Shown in pieces: positions 58,830-64,000 of a DNA stretch of 64,000 nt. The notes under the pieces are model-generated. The model was given only the letters and a program-made list of their open reading frames with translations, was not told where the DNA came from and ran no database searches. Position 1 is the first letter of the stretch. Each line of letters begins with the position of its first letter. Source of the DNA: an uncultured Methanosarcinaceae archaeon (GTDB lineage: Archaea > Halobacteriota > Methanosarcinia > Methanosarcinales > Methanosarcinaceae); contig CAWJYV010000007.1 in NCBI GenBank assembly GCA_963847185.1, positions 1 to 64,000 of the forward strand. Reading direction: 5' to 3'. The position numbers and the translations under genes were made by a program.

Positions 58830-59324
58830 ATGTCCGAAGAAACATCCACGGAGGATTCAAAATTCTCAGAAGGGAGCCTTCATTCAGAAGAAAGCCTCCA
58901 ATTAGTAATCTTTGAGCTTTCAGGCGAAGAATTCGGAATCGAAATTATGCAGGTTTCCGAAATTATTCCGGCTTCGAAAATTACACGCATCCCTCGGGCT
59001 CCTGAATGTGTAAAAGGAATCATTAACCTGCGAGGAAAAATTATTGTTGTGCTGGATCTGAACAATCGCCTCGGTTTCAGTTCTAAGGAATCAGACAATC
59101 TTTCAAAAACCATTATAGTGGAATTCAAGGGAACAATGATCGGAATGCCTGTAAACTCTGTAAGTGAAATCGTGAGGTTGCCTCTTTCTTCTATTGAACC
59201 AACTCCTGAAATGGTTAAATCGAAAATTAATGCAGAATATTTAATGGGAATTGGGAAAGCGGAAAACAGGCCTCTTATTCTCCTGAATCTTGCCAGGGTG
59301 CTTGGAGAAGAAGAAATTGACTAA
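58830..59324 (+). CDS. cheW: chemotaxis coupling protein CheW
   Basis: QLVIFELSGEEFGI and ITRIPRAP...GIINLRGKII. Confidence 0.93.
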   Translation: MSEETSTEDSKFSEGSLHSEESLQLVIFELSGEEFGIEIMQVSEIIPASKITRIPRAPECVKGIINLRGKIIVVLDLNNRLGFSSKESDNLSKTIIVEFKGTMIGMPVNSVSEIVRLPLSSIEPTPEMVKSKINAEYLMGIGKAENRPLILLNLARVLGEEEID

Positions 59325-59471
59325 CTCAATTAGTTACTGTTACTTTAAGAGAATATTTAATAATTTGTGGACAAATTCATAAAGTATACATTCTCACCAC
59401 ATCTTCCTTTTTGCCCTTCTTTACATCCTTCCCATCACCATTACGTGTGGAAGTATTATTGAATTTTTACT

Positions 59472-59559
59472 CTGGTGTCGCATCAATAATCAAGGATTGA
59501 AAAATTCTAAATGATTGTAATCGAATTTATACGACATTTTAGCGCTGACGTGCCACTAG
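59472..59559. mobile_element. putative 88-bp MITE-like element
   Basis: Imperfect 14-bp terminal inverted repeats CTGGTGTCGCATCA / TGACGTGCCACTAG (10 of 14 match); non-coding; resembles a repeat I recall from Methanosarcina genomes (unverified). Confidence 0.5.
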
Positions 59560-59724
59560 GGAACTGGAGAAATGTTTCTGAAAGTTTCTGATATAGTGTT
59601 TTTACCGGAAATCCTTTACTTGCCCTGAATTTACTTGGTTTTTTCTTTTCTGTCATAATGTGCTATATTCTTGTCTATGTCGTCTTCGTTCCAATAGCCA
59701 GAGAGTTAGTTGCCAGACTCGATA

Positions 59725-59745
59725 ACCCCTCCATTTCCACTGCAA
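59725..59745 (-). promoter_or_regulatory. ORB-like box
   Basis: TTGCAGTGGAAATGGAGGGGT on the minus strand: one mismatch in the core, intact G-string at the canonical spacing. Confidence 0.55.
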
Positions 59746-60220
59746 CTATTCTGTCGCTTGGTGTTGTTGTCTCATTTTGTCTTTTACATCGTTCACAAGC
59801 TATAACTTCGATAGCACAAAGGCTTTTAGTTAATGTTGAAAGGCTTTTCATTCTAGATTTTTTATTGCAGTACTATTTCCACTCCAGGTTACTTTATGCC
59901 AGAAGCTTAGGAAAAGCTAAAACTCCAAAAGCAACCAATGTTAGAGAAAGAATTGCAGAAAAACAAATGAATGTTGAAATTCAGAAAAATGGTATTGAAA
60001 CTTATAAAAGAAATGTCAGAAAACCTTTAATGATTGAAGCATATTACCTTTTTTTCCCTTGATACTTACCCGTTGCTGCGGCCCTTCAAACTGTACAGGG
60101 ATCAGGAGGTGTGACATACCTAATTTTTTACCATTTGCCAATCTTTTGATATGATGCAATCTTCATCTCATAAGTTGGTATATGGCAAATAATAAATAAG
60201 AGTTTTTTATATTTCTCTCT

Positions 60221-60670
60221 ATGAATGAGCAGAATTATCCTGAGTTCACAGGCCTTGAACTCTCTCCGAGAAAGGTAGATTACCTTAAGTTCATTCTTGA
60301 AAAAGGAGGTACTGTAAAAACCACGGAAATCTCTTCCGTCCTGCAGGTAGATCCTTCTACTACAAGTAAAACTTTAAACGAACTCGCAGCAGTCGGGTAC
60401 CTGAATCATGTCCCTTATAGAGGTGTGCATTTGACAGAAATGGGTCAGGCTTATGCTGAATTTCTTGTCCGAAGACACAGGATTATAAGTCTTCTCTTAA
60501 CTCACTACGGGCTTTCGTCAGAGGAAGCATGTGATGAAGTTTCACGTTTTGAGGCTTTTATTTCCAGAGACGCTGTAAATAAAATCTGTAAATCAATGGG
60601 TCATCCAATGTTTGGCGTATGCGGTGAAATAAATCATGAGAAGTGTCTCCATGAGGAACATCACCATTGA
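60221..60670 (+). CDS. DtxR/MntR family metal-dependent transcriptional regulator
   Basis: DYLKFI, HTH, PYRGVHLT and RRHRI motifs; Cys/His-rich C-terminus. Confidence 0.9.
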   Translation: MNEQNYPEFTGLELSPRKVDYLKFILEKGGTVKTTEISSVLQVDPSTTSKTLNELAAVGYLNHVPYRGVHLTEMGQAYAEFLVRRHRIISLLLTHYGLSSEEACDEVSRFEAFISRDAVNKICKSMGHPMFGVCGEINHEKCLHEEHHH

Positions 60671-60773
60671 GTATAGGCATAAATCCTGCATCATTAATCA
60701 AGCATCAGATATGTCTTTGAGTTGAGAGTTTAGAGACGCGTTATTAGATATAAGAGAGATATTATAATACAAA

Positions 60774-60830
60774 TTTGGATATATGCCAAAAATTTTTCTG
60801 AATAATTTGAATTTTTGGGTGAACTCCAAA
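60774..60830. promoter_or_regulatory. two palindromic operators TTTGG-N7-CCAAA upstream of the metal ABC operon
   Basis: TTTGGATATATGCCAAA (60774-60790) and TTTGGGTGAACTCCAAA (60814-60830), 40 bp apart, just before a TATA-like TTTTATAT. Confidence 0.55.
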
Positions 60831-60963
60831 TATTTCATTATAATCTTTTTATATTTTTCATTTCAGGACCTTTCTGAAATGAAAATTAGAAATCAATGTA
60901 GCAAAAACGGACACAATGTGGCAATGAAGTAAAAATGAGAGTGAAGAGAAAGGGATCTTAATT

Positions 60964-61929
60964 ATGAAACTGAAGATTATACCTTTATTAGTGCTTTTGG
61001 CTATAGGACTGAGCCTTTTTGTCAGCGGCTGTGCAGACTCAGGTAATTCTCAGGTTAATGAAAGTAAAGAACAGAAAGTTGAAACTTCGCCAGTAGCAGG
61101 CGACCGAATAATAGTAGCCGTAAGTGTTCTTCCCCAGGCTGAGTTTGTTGAAAAAGTTGGGGGAGACAGAGTAAAAACTGCGGTTGTAATTCCTCCAGGA
61201 GCAGATCCTCATACATATGAGTCTTCTCCAAAGGAAATCGAAGAAATCAGCAAAGCAAGCATGTTTGTCACAGTCGGCGTTGGCATGCCCTTCGAAGAGG
61301 TTTGGATCGACAGGTTCGAAGCTATCAACAGTCGAACTCTAATAGTAAATTCTTCTGATGGAATCGGACTTAAAGAGCTTGGAACTGAGCATGTAAATGA
61401 AAGTGCTGAAAGTCACGAAGCTAAAAGTGAGGAAGGCCATGAAGAACTGGACCCACACATCTGGACATCTCCTGCAAATTCAAAAATAATGGTTGAAAAT
61501 ATTTATAAAGGACTTGTGGAAATCGATCCCGGGAACGAAACTTACTATGCTCAGAACAGGGATGCTTACCTGAAAGAACTGGATGCTCTGGATGCAAGGA
61601 TAAGGGAAAAGCTCGAAGGGAAAAAGGAAAGAAATTTCATGGTTTATCATCCTTCGTGGGGCTATTTTGCAGCTGACTACAATCTTACCATGATTCCGGT
61701 TGAAATTGAAGGAAAAGAACCGAGTGCTCAGGACCTGGCTGAACTTGTAGACCTTGCAAAAGAAGAACATGTTAAAGTGATTTTTGTTCAGGCCCAGTTC
61801 AATACCCGGAGTGCTGAAGCTATAGCTGATGAGATCGGTGGTGGGGTCATAGCAGTTGATCCTCTTGCAAAGAACTATATTTCAAATATGGATAACGTAT
61901 CCGATATTTTTGCCAAGAATCTTGTGTAA
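60964..61929 (+). CDS. znuA: Zn/Mn ABC transporter substrate-binding lipoprotein
   Basis: Lipobox VSGC, DPHTYE, His/Glu-rich loop, DPHIWTSP, YHPSWGYF and EGKEPS. Confidence 0.9.
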   Translation: MKLKIIPLLVLLAIGLSLFVSGCADSGNSQVNESKEQKVETSPVAGDRIIVAVSVLPQAEFVEKVGGDRVKTAVVIPPGADPHTYESSPKEIEEISKASMFVTVGVGMPFEEVWIDRFEAINSRTLIVNSSDGIGLKELGTEHVNESAESHEAKSEEGHEELDPHIWTSPANSKIMVENIYKGLVEIDPGNETYYAQNRDAYLKELDALDARIREKLEGKKERNFMVYHPSWGYFAADYNLTMIPVEIEGKEPSAQDLAELVDLAKEEHVKVIFVQAQFNTRSAEAIADEIGGGVIAVDPLAKNYISNMDNVSDIFAKNLV

Positions 61930-62011
61930 AATTAATGTTTGGGTTCTATATCTAAATATAAAAACAACATAATTCGGGGTAAAATAAAAACGCTAGTTTG
62001 AAGGGAAGGTA

Positions 62012-62776
62012 ATGGAGAAGGTTATAGAGCTAGAGGATGTCTGGGTTCGCTATGGAAACCAGATAATCCTTGAAGCCGTGAATCTTGATTTAAAAGAGCC
62101 CAATGGGCTGCTCGGAATTATTGGACCTAACGGTGGAGGAAAAACTACATTTCTCAAAGTTCTACTTGGGCTTTTGAAGCCTTATAGGGGTAGTGTGAAG
62201 CTCTTTGGGAAATCTCCAGAAAAAAGTAGGGATCTTGTGGGGTATGTTCCTCAGTACAGAGGTTTTGATTTTGATTTTCCTATCAGTGTCTGGGAAGTGG
62301 TTTTGACAGGCAGGATAAGCCATACTGGTTTTCTGAGAAGATATGGAGAGGAAGACAGAAAAGCGGCTGAAGAGGCTCTGAAAACTGTGGAGATGTTCCA
62401 GTATAAGGACCGACAAATTGGTCAGTTATCTGGTGGGCAGCGTCAGAGAGTCTTTATTGCCCGAGCTCTTGCTACAAATCCCAAACTTTTACTTCTGGAC
62501 GAACCGAATTCCGGGCTTGACCCTCACATGCAGGATGAACTTTATCGCCTTCTGGACAGGCTCAAGCAGAAAATGGCAGTTATCATGGTTACCCATGACC
62601 TTAGTGCAGTCTCTGTTTATGTCGACAGGATAGCCTGCCTGAATCGCACTCTTCATTATCATAACTCTAGGGAAATTCCTGTTGAAGATCTGGAAGCTAC
62701 CTACCAGTGTCCTATCGAACTAATTGCTCATGGAGTGCCGCACAGGGTGCTGGAAATGCACAAGAGGAGTTCCTGA
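62012..62776 (+). CDS. znuC: Zn/Mn ABC transporter ATP-binding protein
   Basis: GPNGGGKT, LSGGQRQR, LLLDEP and VTHD. Confidence 0.92.
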   Translation: MEKVIELEDVWVRYGNQIILEAVNLDLKEPNGLLGIIGPNGGGKTTFLKVLLGLLKPYRGSVKLFGKSPEKSRDLVGYVPQYRGFDFDFPISVWEVVLTGRISHTGFLRRYGEEDRKAAEEALKTVEMFQYKDRQIGQLSGGQRQRVFIARALATNPKLLLLDEPNSGLDPHMQDELYRLLDRLKQKMAVIMVTHDLSAVSVYVDRIACLNRTLHYHNSREIPVEDLEATYQCPIELIAHGVPHRVLEMHKRSS

Positions 62777-62817
62777 AGCTCAGGATTTGTTCAAAAATAG
62801 ACTGACGGAGAAATAAA

Positions 62818-63669
62818 ATGTTTGATCTTTTGCATTATAGCTTTATCCAGAACGCCCTTGCTGCCGCAATCCTTGCAAGTATAGCCTGCGGGATAATGGG
62901 CGTCTATGTTGTCGTCAAAAAAATTGTCTCAATCACCGGTGGGATAGCCCATGCCTCTTTTGGAGGTGTCGGCTTGGGTTATTTCCTTGGCATCAATCCT
63001 ATGCTTGGAGTTCTTCCTTTCAGCCTGATTTCGGCTTTAGTAATGGGGACAGTGGGCAGGAAATCTAAAATTCCAGAGGATAGTGCAATAGGTATACTCT
63101 GGTCTCTTGGAATGGCTCTTGGGGTCATTTTTGTCTATCTGACTCCTGGGTACGCACCTGATCTTATGACTTATCTTTTTGGAAATATACTAACTGTTCC
63201 TCGTTTTGATATTTATTTGATGTTGGCTCTTGACATAGTTATTGTAGGTTCAGTTTATTTGCTCTATAAAGAATTCCTTGCTCTCTGTTTTGACGAAGAG
63301 TTTACAACTGTTCAGGGCCTTCCTGCAGAGAAACTTTACCTTTTCCTTCTGTGTATTATTGCCCTGACAATTGTAGTCCTTATTAAAGTTGTAGGCATCA
63401 TTCTGGTTATCGCTCTTCTTACCATTCCTGCTTGCCTGAGCCGCAAATTTACACACAATCTGAAGCAGATGATGTTAATTTCTATAGCCTTCGGAACTGT
63501 GATCAGTATCACTGGAATAGGCCTTTCATATGTTCTGGATGTCCCATCTGGTGCAACTATCATTCTTGTGTTAAGCTTTGTGTATGGGTTTGCGTCCGTA
63601 GGGATGGAAATGCTTGAAGGTAGAAAAGTTTCTGGGAACTTAAAAGAATTAGGAAATTTAAAGGAGTAA
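62818..63669 (+). CDS. znuB: Zn/Mn ABC transporter permease
   Basis: IAHASFGG, YLFGNIL, FDEEF and VGIILVIALLTIPA (ABC-3 family). Confidence 0.92.
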   Translation: MFDLLHYSFIQNALAAAILASIACGIMGVYVVVKKIVSITGGIAHASFGGVGLGYFLGINPMLGVLPFSLISALVMGTVGRKSKIPEDSAIGILWSLGMALGVIFVYLTPGYAPDLMTYLFGNILTVPRFDIYLMLALDIVIVGSVYLLYKEFLALCFDEEFTTVQGLPAEKLYLFLLCIIALTIVVLIKVVGIILVIALLTIPACLSRKFTHNLKQMMLISIAFGTVISITGIGLSYVLDVPSGATIILVLSFVYGFASVGMEMLEGRKVSGNLKELGNLKE

Positions 63670-64000
63670 TGGAATTTAAAAGATTCCTTAACTCTATTTT
63701 TTAACTAATCTCTTGAGTCATTATTTTTGTTATGCACACATCTTTTCCGTGCTAATTTCTAGCGGATTCAAGAATCAATAGCTATCAGAACTTAATTATA
63801 TAATGTCACAAGCTCAGGTATATATTCTAGTACCTGTAGTATATTATCTATTTAAATGGGGATTTTTAAACGCATGGTAAAAAATTCTCATATAATTATA
63901 TTTATATTGTTTTATTAAGACATAATTTTATATATAGTGAGATGCAAGAGCCTAAAAGTTTAATCAAATTTATTTTATAGAACTCCAGGATTAGGACTTC

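Noticed and set aside
59658-60062. 134 aa plus-strand ORF between cheW and the regulator
   Set aside because: No recognisable domain or SD; it cannot be supported from sequence alone.

Overview
A 64 kb core-chromosome segment from a Methanosarcina species around the main replication origin. The genus call rests on the 16S/23S sequence and on gene content (ftr, mfnA, arcS, cdc6); the barkeri group is my best guess from recalled 16S motifs and is unverified. In order, the window holds bacterioferritin, a minus-strand 16S-23S-5S operon without a spacer tRNA, leuA, tatD, an MBL hydrolase, a split YgiQ radical-SAM gene, two small Cys-containing paralogues, a GlcD/GlcF-like oxidoreductase pair, arcS, rimI and dnaG. 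These are followed by a broken IS701, a flavin oxidoreductase, rtcA, kptA, rpa, five tandem CBS-domain genes, an RNA ligase, a SelB/EF-Tu-like GTPase and cdc6 with an ORB-containing origin. The right end holds mfnA, a site-2 protease, traB, ftr, an eroded chemosensory cluster and a DtxR-linked Zn/Mn ABC transporter. Three observations stand out. (1) Full-length ORB-like boxes lie outside the origin, about 15.5 kb on either side of the predicted unwinding element and in mirror orientation; the left pair sits upstream of the CBS cluster. (2) ftr has ATA in place of its ATG start and appears to carry AT-biased substitutions. (3) The che cluster lacks an intact cheB and has no cheC or cheD. Several frameshifts are single-base losses in homopolymers and may be assembly errors. 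No CRISPR array or tRNA was found.
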